DNA of 64,000 bases from Acidimicrobiales bacterium. GTDB lineage: Bacteria; Actinomycetota; Acidimicrobiia; Acidimicrobiales; SZUA-35. Of the stretch, positions 30,149 through 40,094 are shown in pieces. The stretch is taken from NCBI GenBank assembly GCA_020629695.1, contig JAHDCV010000001.1, forward strand, positions 52,591-116,590. The letters run 5' to 3'. The notes beneath the pieces were generated by a model that was not told where the DNA came from, ran no database searches, and saw only the letters and a list, made by a program, of their open reading frames with translations. Positions within the stretch are counted from its first letter, which is position 1. Each line of letters starts with the position of its first letter. The position numbers and the translations under genes were made by a program.

Positions 30149-30631
30149 CTACGCCTGTTCCCGCCGGTACGGGCCCGACCGGCCGCCCGTCTTCTCCCAC
30201 AGCGCGATCTCCCCGATCACCATCGACTTGTCGGCGGATTTGCACATGTCGTAGATCGTCAGCGCGGCGACGCTGACCGCCGTCAACGCCTCCATCTCGA
30301 CGCCGGTGCGATCGATCGTGTCCACGGCGGCCTCGATGTCGATGTGGGCGTCCTGGATCTCGAAGTTCACCTGGACCGCACCCACGACCACGGTGTGGCA
30401 CAGCGGCAACAGGTCCGGCGTCTTCTTCGCCGCCTGGATGCCGGCGACGCGCGCCACGGCCAGGACGTCACCCTTCTTGAGCGCACCTCGGGCGACGAGA
30501 TCGGTGGTCTCGGGCGACATGTGCACCCGACCTCGGGCGATCGCACGACGATGCGTCGGGTCCTTCGGCGTGACGTCGACCATACGAGCGTGGCCGTGGG
30601 GGTCCAGGTGGGTCAGTTCACGATCGGGCAC
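30149..30631 (-). CDS. moaC: cyclic pyranopterin monophosphate synthase MoaC
   Basis: LTHLD..ARMVDV, KKGDVL, LLPLCH, TGVEMEALT, YDMCK. Confidence 0.95.
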   Translation of the reverse strand: MPDRELTHLDPHGHARMVDVTPKDPTHRRAIARGRVHMSPETTDLVARGALKKGDVLAVARVAGIQAAKKTPDLLPLCHTVVVGAVQVNFEIQDAHIDIEAAVDTIDRTGVEMEALTAVSVAALTIYDMCKSADKSMVIGEIALWEKTGGRSGPYRREQA

Positions 30632-30720
30632 GATGGCGAGACTACTGGCCGACGGCCACACCGCCGGTGCGGTGGAAAACGGCGCCGAGCGGAAGGCCCA
30701 CCGTCGTAGCGTCGACCACC

Positions 30721-31911
30721 ATGACGCCCGACACCCCTCCCCCGATCGACGTCGCCGCCGCCCGAGCCGCCACCGCCGCCACGGCGACCATGGCGCACTT
30801 CAACAACGCCGGGGCGAGCCTGCCATCGGATGCGACGCTCGAAGCCGTCATCGGCTACCTCCGCCGCGAGGCCGAGATCGGCGGCTATCGGACCGTCGGC
30901 GAACGGACGGACGACCTGCAGCGTCCACGGGACGAGGCGGCGCGGATGATCGGCGCCGACCCCGCCGAGATCGCCCTGCAGACCGGGGCGTCCGAGGCCT
31001 GGTGGCGGGCGTTCACCGCCGTCCCGATCGGGCCCGGCACGACGATCGTGGCCGGCCGCTCGGAGTTCATCACCGGTGCAGCCGGCCTCGCCTGGGCCCG
31101 GGAACGGGGCGCGGAGGTCGTGCTCTGTCCCGACAACGAGCACGGCGAGATCGATCTCGACGCTGCGGCCGAGCTGATCGACGAAACCGTCGACCTCGTG
31201 TGCCTCACCTGGATTCCGACCTCCGGCGGCCTGGTCCAGCCTGCCGCCGAGATCGGGCGGCTGGCCGCCGAAGCTGGCGCCGTCTACCTGCTCGACGCGT
31301 GCCAGGCCGCGGGCCAGAAGGTGATCGACGTCGACGAGCTGCGATGCGACTTCCTCACGTTCACGAGCCGGAAGTACGTGCGGGGCCCTCGTGGGGCTGG
31401 CGCGCTCTATGTTCGCTCGAGCCGCCTCGACGAGCTCACGACGCCGGTCTTCGTCGACGGGTACTCCTCGGAGTGGGCCGACCCGTTGACGATCACGCCG
31501 AAGCCGGGTGCGGCCCGCTTCGAGTTCGGCGAGACGTCCAAGGCGGCGGTGGTCGGCTTCGGGAACGCGCTGGCGGAGGCGAACCAGCTCGGCCTCGATG
31601 CGATCGAGCAGACGGTCACGACCCAGGCCGCCGCCCTGCGGGACGGTCTGCGGTCGATCCCCGGCGTCGCCGTGCATGATCGGGGTCGGGAGCAGTCGGG
31701 CATCGTGACCTTCTCGGTCGAGGGGCACGAACCGGCGGCGGTCGCCTCACACCTCCACACCGTCGACGTCACGGTCTCGGTGTGCCCCGACCGTCAGGCC
31801 GTCTGGGACCTCCGGGCCCGCGGCCTCGGCGACGTGCTCCGAGCGTCCGTCCACTACTACAACGACGACACCGACCTCGAGCGACTGCTCGCCGGTGTGC
31901 GGGCGCTCTAG
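30721..31911 (+). CDS. aminotransferase class V-fold PLP-dependent enzyme
   Basis: HFNNAGAS, LDACQAAG, TSRKYVRGPRG, RASVHYYN. Confidence 0.9.
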   Translation: MTPDTPPPIDVAAARAATAATATMAHFNNAGASLPSDATLEAVIGYLRREAEIGGYRTVGERTDDLQRPRDEAARMIGADPAEIALQTGASEAWWRAFTAVPIGPGTTIVAGRSEFITGAAGLAWARERGAEVVLCPDNEHGEIDLDAAAELIDETVDLVCLTWIPTSGGLVQPAAEIGRLAAEAGAVYLLDACQAAGQKVIDVDELRCDFLTFTSRKYVRGPRGAGALYVRSSRLDELTTPVFVDGYSSEWADPLTITPKPGAARFEFGETSKAAVVGFGNALAEANQLGLDAIEQTVTTQAAALRDGLRSIPGVAVHDRGREQSGIVTFSVEGHEPAAVASHLHTVDVTVSVCPDRQAVWDLRARGLGDVLRASVHYYNDDTDLERLLAGVRAL

Positions 31912-32924
31912 CCGCCGAGCTGGGACATCGACTTCGAGGGGCGGATGAAGACCGCGTTGCCGATCTGGTGACCGGACCACTTCTCGTCCACCTCACCGGC
32001 GACGGCTCGAACGATGTCGTCATCCGATCCGCCACCACGCACCACCTCACGCAGATCGAGGTGCCGGATCGCGAACAGGCAGTTCCGGAACTGACCATCG
32101 GCGGTCAGTCGCATCCGGTCGCAATCGCCGCAGAACGGTTGCGTCACCGACGCGATCACACCGAACTCGCCACCCGGGCCGTCCATGGCGTCATCGCCGT
32201 CGAAGACGAACCGCTCCGCAGGCTGATGGCCACGCTCGACGGCGCCGAAGGAGAACTCCCGGCGGGCGGTGCGGAGGATCTCGTCGTAGGTGACGACCGT
32301 CTGGTCGTCCCAGGCGCCCTGGGCGTCGAGCGGCATCCATTCGATGAATCGGACGGTGACGCCACGCTCCCGACCGAACCGGAGGAAGTCGAGCACCTCG
32401 TCGTCGTTCGTTCCCCGCATCAGCACGGCGTTGACCTTGACGGGCTCGAACCCGGCGGCGACCGCGGCATCGATCCCCTCGAGGACCTGCGCGAGCTCGT
32501 TGCGCTTGGTCAGCTCGACGAACCGCTGAGCGTCGAGGGTGTCGAGGCTCACGTTGATCCGGTCGAGCCCGGCGTCACGGAGCTGCTGGGCCACCAGGGG
32601 CAGCGTGGCGCCGTTGGTCGTCATCGACAGCTCGACACCGAGGGCGGCGAGCTTCTCCACCAACAACGGCAGCCGGGCTCGAACGGTCGGCTCACCCCCG
32701 GTGAGCCGGATCGACCGCACACCGGCGGTCTCGACCAGAACCCGGCTGATCCGCTCGATCTCCTCGAACGACAGGAGGTCGGCGCGATCGAGCCACTGCA
32801 TGCCCTCGGCGGGCATGCAGTAGGTGCACCGGAAGTTGCACCGGTCGGTCACCGAGATCCGCAGATCGGTGTGCACACGACCGAATCGGTCGATGAGCGT
32901 CGTCTGCGCGTCCCCCGTTGACAT
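31908..32924 (-). CDS. moaA: GTP 3',8-cyclase MoaA
   Basis: LRISVTDRCNFRCTYCMP, TGGEP, FCGDCDRMRLTADG..CL, MSQLGG. Confidence 0.96.
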   Translation of the reverse strand: MSTGDAQTTLIDRFGRVHTDLRISVTDRCNFRCTYCMPAEGMQWLDRADLLSFEEIERISRVLVETAGVRSIRLTGGEPTVRARLPLLVEKLAALGVELSMTTNGATLPLVAQQLRDAGLDRINVSLDTLDAQRFVELTKRNELAQVLEGIDAAVAAGFEPVKVNAVLMRGTNDDEVLDFLRFGRERGVTVRFIEWMPLDAQGAWDDQTVVTYDEILRTARREFSFGAVERGHQPAERFVFDGDDAMDGPGGEFGVIASVTQPFCGDCDRMRLTADGQFRNCLFAIRHLDLREVVRGGGSDDDIVRAVAGEVDEKWSGHQIGNAVFIRPSKSMSQLGG

Positions 32925-32961
32925 CTCGCGAGCGTATCGACGGCGGGGTTCGCCCGGAAAT

Positions 32962-34185
32962 TCAGTCGAGAAGCAGGACTCGCACGCGACCGCCCGCGGC
33001 GACACCGTCACCGTCGGGGAGCACGGCCAGTCCGTTGGCCCGGGCCATCGCCGTGAGCTGGTGACTGCCCTGTCCACCCGCGGATCCCACCCGCCAGCCA
33101 CCGTCGGCGTCGGTCGACACCCGCACCCGCTGGAAGTGGACCTTGCCGTCGCTGCCCCGACGGAGCGGTTCGGAGGCGATGGCCACGACGTGGCGACGCT
33201 CGAGCTCGGTGTGCCCCATCATCTTGCGCAGCGACGGCCGGGCGAACAGTTCGAAACTCACGAGCGACGAGACGGGATTGCCGGGCAGGCCGAACACCGG
33301 GGTGCCGAGCATCAGCCCGAACGCGAGCGGCTTGGCCGGCTTGATGGCGACCTGCATCCAGTTCATCTCACCGAGGCGGCTCAGCACCGCCTTGACGAAG
33401 TCGAAGTCACCCATCGACACCCCACCGGAGGTGATGATCGCGTCGCAGCGCTCGACCGCGGCCCGCAGGGAGGTCTCGATCACCCGCTCGTCGTCCCGCT
33501 TGAGGCCGAGGTCGACGGCCTCCACCCCGAGCTCGTCGAGCAGCGCGAGCAGCCCCGGCCGATTGGAGTCGCGGATCTGGCCGGGCTTGAGCGGTCGAGG
33601 ACCGACCACCAACTCGTCGCCGGTGGAGATGACACCGACACGTGGCCGACGATGCGCCCGGATCGATTCACGCCCGAGCGACGCGAGTACGCCGAGGGTG
33701 GCCGGGGTGAGTTCGGTGCCCGGCCCGAAGATCGGCGTGCCGGCCTCGACGTCGTCGCCGGCCGGGCGGATGTGGTTGCCGACGGGGACCTCGGCCATGA
33801 CGGCCACGATGTCGTCGCCGTCGGGGTTCGCCCTGACCTCGGTCAGCTCGACCATGACGACGGCGTCGGCCCCGTCCGGGATCGGCGCACCGGTCATGAT
33901 GCGCATGGCCTCGCCCGCGCCGAGCGTGCGGGACGCGACCGCACCCGCGGCCACCGTCGCCACGATCGGGAGCTCGACCGGATGGGACTCGGTCGCACCG
34001 TCGAGATCGGCCGACCGGATCGCGAAGCCGTCCATCGCCGTGTTGGCGAACGGCGGGATCGCTTCACCCGCCGACACCGTCTCGGCCAGCACCAGTCCGC
34101 GGGCCTCGCGGAGCGGCACCTCCACGATGGGCAGCGGCTTGATGTCATCGAAGACCCGGCGGCGAGCGTCATCCAGTGGAATCAC
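32962..34185 (-). CDS. moeA: molybdopterin molybdotransferase MoeA/Glp
   Basis: PPFANTAMDGFA, IMTGAP, STGDEL, SGGVSMG, GLPGNPVS. Confidence 0.95.
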   Translation of the reverse strand: MIPLDDARRRVFDDIKPLPIVEVPLREARGLVLAETVSAGEAIPPFANTAMDGFAIRSADLDGATESHPVELPIVATVAAGAVASRTLGAGEAMRIMTGAPIPDGADAVVMVELTEVRANPDGDDIVAVMAEVPVGNHIRPAGDDVEAGTPIFGPGTELTPATLGVLASLGRESIRAHRRPRVGVISTGDELVVGPRPLKPGQIRDSNRPGLLALLDELGVEAVDLGLKRDDERVIETSLRAAVERCDAIITSGGVSMGDFDFVKAVLSRLGEMNWMQVAIKPAKPLAFGLMLGTPVFGLPGNPVSSLVSFELFARPSLRKMMGHTELERRHVVAIASEPLRRGSDGKVHFQRVRVSTDADGGWRVGSAGGQGSHQLTAMARANGLAVLPDGDGVAAGGRVRVLLLD

Positions 34186-34284
34186 GGGTTCAACCTAGCC
34201 ATGTGGCATCTCCGCGGTGTGCCCGGACGCGCCGGTGGCCCGGGGTCCGACCCCGGGCCACCGCATGCAGAACGTGTCAACGTC

Positions 34285-35190
34285 TCAGGGAAGCAGCTGC
34301 TCCCGCTTGACGATGTCGGCGAGGATCTCTCGGAACGCCGGGCCGACGTCCTCACGCTCGAGCGCCATCTCGACGACACAGCGCAGATAGTCGATCTTCT
34401 TGCCGGTGTCGAAGCGACCCTCGGAGAACGTCCAACCGAGCATGCGTTCGGACGCCATCAGCGAGACCATGGCGTCGGTGATCTGGATCTCGCCGCCGAC
34501 GCCGGGTTCGGTCCGACGGATCTCGTCGAAGATGCCCGGGGTGAACAGGTAGCGACCCATGATCGCGAGGTTCGACGGGGCATCGGCCGGATCGGGCTTC
34601 TCGACGAGATCGCGCACCTCGACGGTGCGACCCTCGAGCTCGACCGCATCGGCGCACCCGTAGGAGGAGATGTCTTCCTTGGCGACCTCCATGAGGCCGA
34701 CGACCGAGACGCCACCATTGGCGTGGTAGGTGTCGATCATGCCCTTCAGCACGCCGGCGGAGCGATGCATGATGTCGTCACCGAGCAGCACGCAGAACGG
34801 CTCGTTGCCGACGTGGTGCTCGGCCATGCCGATGGCGTGGCCGAGACCGAGGGCCTCACCCTGGCGGATGAAGTGCAGGTTGCACATCTCGGTCACGTCG
34901 AGGATCTCGGCGAGGGCTTCGGTCTTGTTCTTGGCCTCGAGGGCCGCCTCGAGCTCGGGGAAACGGTCGAAGTGGTCCTCCATCACCTTCTTGTGACGGG
35001 AGGTGATGATCAGCACGTCGGTGATGCCGGCGTCGACGGCTTCCTCGATCACGTACTGGATGACCGGACGGTCGACGACCGGCAGCATCTCCTTGGGTAC
35101 GGCCTTCGAGAAGGGAAGGAATCGGGTGCCGAGTCCCGCGGCCGGGATGACCGCCTTGCGCACCGGTGCGATGTTCGTGTTGTCCGCCAT
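34285..35190 (-). CDS. galU: UTP--glucose-1-phosphate uridylyltransferase
   Basis: KAVIPAAGLGTRFLP..KEMLPVVD, GLGHA, VEKP, GEIQITDA. Confidence 0.95.
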   Translation of the reverse strand: MADNTNIAPVRKAVIPAAGLGTRFLPFSKAVPKEMLPVVDRPVIQYVIEEAVDAGITDVLIITSRHKKVMEDHFDRFPELEAALEAKNKTEALAEILDVTEMCNLHFIRQGEALGLGHAIGMAEHHVGNEPFCVLLGDDIMHRSAGVLKGMIDTYHANGGVSVVGLMEVAKEDISSYGCADAVELEGRTVEVRDLVEKPDPADAPSNLAIMGRYLFTPGIFDEIRRTEPGVGGEIQITDAMVSLMASERMLGWTFSEGRFDTGKKIDYLRCVVEMALEREDVGPAFREILADIVKREQLLP

Positions 35191-35202
35191 GTCGTGTTGT
35201 CT

Positions 35203-35378
35203 CCGTCTGAGCCCGGGAGGAACCCAGGTCCGCCTACGCCTACGCCGTATCTGTCGGTCGGCCCGTGGAACGACTTGAGACCACACCGAAAGGTCGCGGA
35301 TTCCCACAGCACCCCACGAAGCCGGACGTTAGTGAGCCCCGGGACGAATGGCCCCCCAAACAGGTGAAAGAACCCAGG
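35203..35378 (-). ncRNA. candidate structured RNA or galU leader
   Basis: Hand-paired nested stems forming a rod, plus a 9-bp direct repeat; no family assigned. Confidence 0.35.
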
Positions 35379-35559
35379 CGTTCCGTCCACCGTCATCCAT
35401 CGACCATCGCGGCCCGCGATCGGGCCGCACCGACGACCGCGAGTGCGGCACGGCCGGTTCGGGGGCGGGCCGGTCGGGCGATATCGTGATCGGCCGTAGA
35501 GCGCCCCGACACGGTCCCGCGTCGGGGCGGATCGCCGGCGAGCGAGGAAGGACCACGAC

Positions 35560-35886
35560 ATGCCCACCTATGAGTACCGCTGCAGCGTGTGTGAGCAACA
35601 CTTCGACGTGGAGCAGTCGTTCTCCGACCCGACGCTCGAGACGATGCCCGGGTGCGACGAAGGTGACCATCAGCTGAAGAAGGTGTTCTCGGCCGTCGGT
35701 ATCTCGTTCAAGGGATCCGGCTTCTACAAGAACGACTCTCGCGGCAAGTCGTCGAGCACCACCCCGTCGAGCACCACCTCATCGGACTCGTCGTCGGGTT
35801 CATCGACCAGCGACTCGTCGGGGGCGTCCTCGAGTTCGGCGTCGACCACCAGCACGTCGTCCTCGTCCGGCAGCTCCTCCGACTGA
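35560..35886 (+). CDS. FmdB family zinc-ribbon protein
   Basis: MPTYEYRCSVC..FKGSGFYKND, Ser-rich tail. Confidence 0.92.
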   Translation: MPTYEYRCSVCEQHFDVEQSFSDPTLETMPGCDEGDHQLKKVFSAVGISFKGSGFYKNDSRGKSSSTTPSSTTSSDSSSGSSTSDSSGASSSSASTTSTSSSSGSSSD

Positions 35887-35984
35887 CGCCCCCGAAGGCC
35901 CGGCTCCGAGGAGCCGGCTCCGGACCCCGCTTCCCCCACCACCCGGCATCGGTCGCCACGGCCGACGACGAAGCGGATCCCACC

Positions 35985-36653
35985 ATGCCCGTCCTCCGAC
36001 GCACGAACGCGCCCGCCGACGAACCACCCGAGTACGCGGTCTGGCGACCCACGCGGCCGCCGTCGACCTGGGTGGCTCGACTCTCCTCCTGGCGGAGACG
36101 CTGGCCACCGGCCCGACTGGCCAGGATGGCTGCGGCGGTCCTGGTGTCGACGGTGGTCATCGTGCGGACGACCAACGAGGATCCGGGCCCGCCAGCCGAG
36201 ACCGTGGAGGTGTTCGTCGCCGTCGAGCCGCGCCCGGCCGGCCATGTGCTGGGGCCGGATGACGTTCAGCGAGTCCACTATCCCGCCGTGCTCGCGCCGA
36301 CGTCGGCGACCGGCGAGCCCGTCGGGCGGGTCCTGTTGACGAGCATCGGCGTCGGCGAGATCGTCGCCGAGACCCGACTGCTCGCCACCGACCTCGCGCC
36401 GGACCGCCGGGTCGTCCGCCTCGCGGCCCACGTCGAGACCCCGATCCTCCGACCAGGCGACCGCGTCGATGTCGTCGGTGTCCGCCTCGACGGCTTCGGA
36501 GCGATCGAGCGCCGGCGCATCGTGGTCGACGCGACCGTCCTGGAGGTCGCCGACGACGATCGGGGCCCGTCGTTGGTGGTCGGGCCCGACGAGGATCTGG
36601 AGATCGCCGAATGGATCGCGACCGGCACCCTCAGTGTGACCCGACGGCCCTGA
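35985..36653 (+). CDS. SAF domain (CpaB-like) protein
   Basis: TM, VA..PAGHVLGPDDV, LRPGDRVDVV; follows fmdB. Confidence 0.7.
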   Translation: MPVLRRTNAPADEPPEYAVWRPTRPPSTWVARLSSWRRRWPPARLARMAAAVLVSTVVIVRTTNEDPGPPAETVEVFVAVEPRPAGHVLGPDDVQRVHYPAVLAPTSATGEPVGRVLLTSIGVGEIVAETRLLATDLAPDRRVVRLAAHVETPILRPGDRVDVVGVRLDGFGAIERRRIVVDATVLEVADDDRGPSLVVGPDEDLEIAEWIATGTLSVTRRP

Positions 36654-36721
36654 TCCCGGCACGGCACATCACGTCGTGTGCCCGCCGGACCCTGCCCCGG
36701 ACGACCCGGACGCGTGCCGAC

Positions 36722-38089
36722 TCAGTTGCCGGACAGGCGGACCCCGTCGATGCGCACGGGTGGCGTCGAGGTTCCCGACGGCAGGTGGGTCACCTCGGAA
36801 CCGATGGCTGCGATGTCGAGCAGCAGTCGCTGGAGCGTCGAGCCGATCGTGCACTCGCTGATCGGCTCGGCGAGGGCGCCGTTGCGGATCCGGATGCCCT
36901 CCACCCCCACCGAGAAGTCGCCCGACACGGCGTTCACACCCGAATGCAGGCCGGCCAGCGCATAGACGAGGATGCCGTCGTCGACCGATGCGATGAGGTC
37001 CTCGAGTGTGCCGGCCGATCCCGGCGCCACCGAGAGCGCCTGGACCCCGGGGCCGGGGAGGCTCCGCGTGCCGCGCACGGCGGACCCCGTCGAGCCCGCC
37101 CCCGAGCGGCGCCCGGTGTATCCGTCGTGCAGGAAGCGATCGAGTACGCCGTCGACCACGAGGGGGTTGCGGCGGGTCGCGAGACCTTCGCCGTCGTGGG
37201 AGTCCGCCCCCAGGGAGGTGGGGTCGGTCGGGTCACACGCGATGGTGAGCCCGAGTGCGCCCACCTGTTCGCCGAGCCGATCGGCGAACGGCGACCGACC
37301 CTTCAGCACCCGGTCGCCGGTCAGCGTCCCCGAGATCAGTCCGAGCACCGTCGCCGTGAGATTCGGATCGAGCACCAGCGACACCGTGCCGCTGTCGGGC
37401 TTCTCGGCCCCGATGAGACCGGTCGCCTGGGTGACGGCACGATCGACCACCGGCCCGAGGTCGAGCAGACCCGCGTGGCGGGCGCCGTCCCACGACCAAC
37501 CGGTACGCGACCGGTCATCGTCGTCCGCGAGCGCCTGGACCGAGACCGAGGCCGACGTCGAGCGGGATGCCGATTCGATGCCGGAGGTCGACGCGAGCGC
37601 GGCGACCCCGAACCCGTCGCCGTAGCTCGCCACGCGCACCCCGGCGATCCGGTCGTCGGCGGCCAGCACCCGACGTTCGAGCTCGAGCGCCAGACCGATC
37701 TTGGTGTCGGCCGTGGTCTCGAGCATCTCGTCGTGCCAGAGATCGATCTCGACGGCCTCGACACCGTCGGGTGGGGTGAGCCCCGCGAACTCGTCGGGCT
37801 CGGCGAACGACGCGTTGTCGCGGGCTTCGACGAGCATCTGATCGAGCACGGTCGGATCGAACGTCCCGGCCGAGGCGAACCCGACCCGCCCGTCGCGGAT
37901 CACCCGGATCCCGACCGAGCGGGAACCGGCGGTCGTCATCGACTCGACCTCGCCGCCGTGCACCTTCACCGAGGTCGACGACCCCGACGAGACGGCGACT
38001 TCCAGCTCCTCACCCGGCTCGGCACGGGCGACGACGGAGCGAGCCAGTTCGAGCAGTGCCGTGGGTTCGGTGTCGGTGGTGGTGCTCAT
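36722..38089 (-). CDS. pmbA: TldD/PmbA family protein (PmbA/TldE-like)
   Basis: GIRVIRDGRVGFAS, DGEG, VSGDFSVG; no HExxH; coupled to tldD. Confidence 0.88.
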   Translation of the reverse strand: MSTTTDTEPTALLELARSVVARAEPGEELEVAVSSGSSTSVKVHGGEVESMTTAGSRSVGIRVIRDGRVGFASAGTFDPTVLDQMLVEARDNASFAEPDEFAGLTPPDGVEAVEIDLWHDEMLETTADTKIGLALELERRVLAADDRIAGVRVASYGDGFGVAALASTSGIESASRSTSASVSVQALADDDDRSRTGWSWDGARHAGLLDLGPVVDRAVTQATGLIGAEKPDSGTVSLVLDPNLTATVLGLISGTLTGDRVLKGRSPFADRLGEQVGALGLTIACDPTDPTSLGADSHDGEGLATRRNPLVVDGVLDRFLHDGYTGRRSGAGSTGSAVRGTRSLPGPGVQALSVAPGSAGTLEDLIASVDDGILVYALAGLHSGVNAVSGDFSVGVEGIRIRNGALAEPISECTIGSTLQRLLLDIAAIGSEVTHLPSGTSTPPVRIDGVRLSGN

Positions 38090-39498
38090 GCCGCCGTGCC
38101 GCCGATGGTCAGTTCGGTCACGAACAGGGTGGGCACGCCGTCGCCGACGGGCACCCCCTGGCCGTCCTTGCCACAGGTCCCCGGCGGCCCCATCTCGAAG
38201 TCGTTCCCGACCGCCTCGATCATGGTGAGCACCTTCGGACCGTTGCCGATGAGCTGACCGTCACGCAGCGGTGCGGTCAACTTGCCGCCTTCGATCCGAT
38301 AGGCCTCGGTCATGCCGAACACGAAGTCACCCGAGGCCGTGTTCACCTGGCCACCGCCGAGCTTCGCCACATAGACCCCGTCGTCGACCCCGGCGATGAT
38401 GTCGGCCGGATCGCTCTCTCCCGCCGCCAGATAGGTGTTGGTCATACGCACCATCGGCAGGTGTCGGTACGACTGGCGGCGACCGTTGCCGGAGCTCGCC
38501 CGACCCTCGACCCGGGCTCGATTGCCGTCCCAGAGATAGTCGACGAGCACACCGTCTTCGATCAACACCTGCCGACCGGCGGGGTTGCCTTCGTCGTCGA
38601 TCGCATAGCGTCCCCACTCGCCGCCCATCGTGCCGTCGTCGATGATCGTGACCAGGTCGCTCGCGACCTGCTGGCCGACCCGGCCGGCGAAGGCGGACGC
38701 ACCCTTCGCGACGAGGTCGGCTTCGAGTCCGTGCCCGCACGCCTCGTGGAACAACACCCCGCCCGAGCCGGGTCCGATCACGACCGGCAACGTGCCCGAC
38801 GGCGCCGGTCGGGCCTCGAGTTTCGCGAGGGCCCGATCCGCGGCGGCCGCCGCGACCTCGTCGACCGCGATGCGATCGAACAACTCGAATCCCATCGAGT
38901 GACCCACGGATTCATAGCCCGTGTGTTGACCCGTGTCGCCGGTCGCGACCGCGTTCACGGCGAACAACGTCCGCACCTGGCGATCGCCGGCGAAGACCCC
39001 GTCGGAATTGGCCACGAGGATCCGCCGATCGCTGTCGCCGTAGCGGGCCGAGACCTGGGTGATCGCCGACCCCCGCCCGCGGGCGGAGCTGTCGGCCTGG
39101 CGGAGCAGCGCGACCTTGGTCGCCTTGCCCACCGACGACGGCTCGACACCGACCGGGGCGACGTCGGAGTCCCGGGGGTCGAGCGCGGCGATCGTCGTGC
39201 CGGGGCCGTCGACGCGCGCCGCGTCGGCCGCAGCCCGCGCCGCGGCGACGAGGCCGGACTCGGACAGATCCGCGGTGTGGGCGAACCCGGTCGACTCGCC
39301 GACCATGACCCGGACGCCGACACCACGGTCTCGGCTGGAGGTCAGGTCCTCGATGCGTCCGTCATCGAACATGGCCGACGACCGGGTCACGTCCTCGGCG
39401 AAGACCTCGGCCCAGTCACCGCCGCGGTCCAGCGCGGCGCCGAGCACCGCCTGCACTCGTTCGGCGTCGAGTCCGGCTTCTGCGAATGAATCGAGCAT
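38086..39498 (-). CDS. tldD: metalloprotease TldD
   Basis: FHEACGHGLEAD, DDEG, RMTNTY, GTCGKDGQGVPV. Confidence 0.92.
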   Translation of the reverse strand: MLDSFAEAGLDAERVQAVLGAALDRGGDWAEVFAEDVTRSSAMFDDGRIEDLTSSRDRGVGVRVMVGESTGFAHTADLSESGLVAAARAAADAARVDGPGTTIAALDPRDSDVAPVGVEPSSVGKATKVALLRQADSSARGRGSAITQVSARYGDSDRRILVANSDGVFAGDRQVRTLFAVNAVATGDTGQHTGYESVGHSMGFELFDRIAVDEVAAAAADRALAKLEARPAPSGTLPVVIGPGSGGVLFHEACGHGLEADLVAKGASAFAGRVGQQVASDLVTIIDDGTMGGEWGRYAIDDEGNPAGRQVLIEDGVLVDYLWDGNRARVEGRASSGNGRRQSYRHLPMVRMTNTYLAAGESDPADIIAGVDDGVYVAKLGGGQVNTASGDFVFGMTEAYRIEGGKLTAPLRDGQLIGNGPKVLTMIEAVGNDFEMGPPGTCGKDGQGVPVGDGVPTLFVTELTIGGTAA

Positions 39499-39599
39499 GC
39501 GTTCGTTCCCCTCTGAGAGGACGGATCGTACCGCCCCGGCATCCACCGGTCGGAGCCGGATGCTTGACCCGGGCACCTCCGTGCGAGAACAGTGGGGCG

Positions 39600-39989
39600 A
39601 TGTCTCCCGCCGCCGGATCCACGACCACGCTCGTCAACGCCGTCGGCGACGGCGACACCGCCGTGGCCCTCGGCAGCGGCGACGTTCCCGTGTTGGCCAC
39701 GCCACGCCTGCTCGCCTGGTGTGAAGCCGCCACCGTGGCCGCCGTTCGCGACGACCTCGCCGACGGCAAGACCACCGTCGGGATCCAGGTCATGGTCGAT
39801 CACTTCTCTCCATCGCCGGTCGGCGCAGAGGTCGAGACCGAGGCCGTGCTCGAGAAGGTGCACGGCAAGAAGCTGTTCTTCACCGTGTCGGTCCACGACG
39901 GGCGGGGCCTGGTGGCCGCCGGCCGCATCACCCGGGTCATGGTCGACACCGAAGCCTTCATGGCCAAGACCCGACCGAAAGTCGACTGA
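39600..39989 (+). CDS. hotdog thioesterase (fluoroacetyl-CoA thioesterase FlK-like)
   Basis: GSGDVPVLATP..CEAA, TVG..VDH. Confidence 0.85.
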   Translation: MSPAAGSTTTLVNAVGDGDTAVALGSGDVPVLATPRLLAWCEAATVAAVRDDLADGKTTVGIQVMVDHFSPSPVGAEVETEAVLEKVHGKKLFFTVSVHDGRGLVAAGRITRVMVDTEAFMAKTRPKVD

Positions 39990-40094
39990 ACCCACACACC
40001 CTCGACCTCGGTCCGAACTCGCCCATCGGGTACCGTCGTTGTCCGCGAACCCGCCGTTTGCACACAGCAAACGTCCCGGGGTCGCCCGGAGCCC

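Noticed and set aside
35229-35330. c-di-AMP (ydaO) or Moco riboswitch before galU-moeA
   Set aside because: Only a fragmentary resemblance (CCGACAG..CGTAGGC); the other conserved elements were not found by eye.
36722-39989. TldD/PmbA plus thioesterase as a RiPP cluster
   Set aside because: No precursor peptide or modification enzymes nearby; TldD/E are widespread housekeeping proteases.
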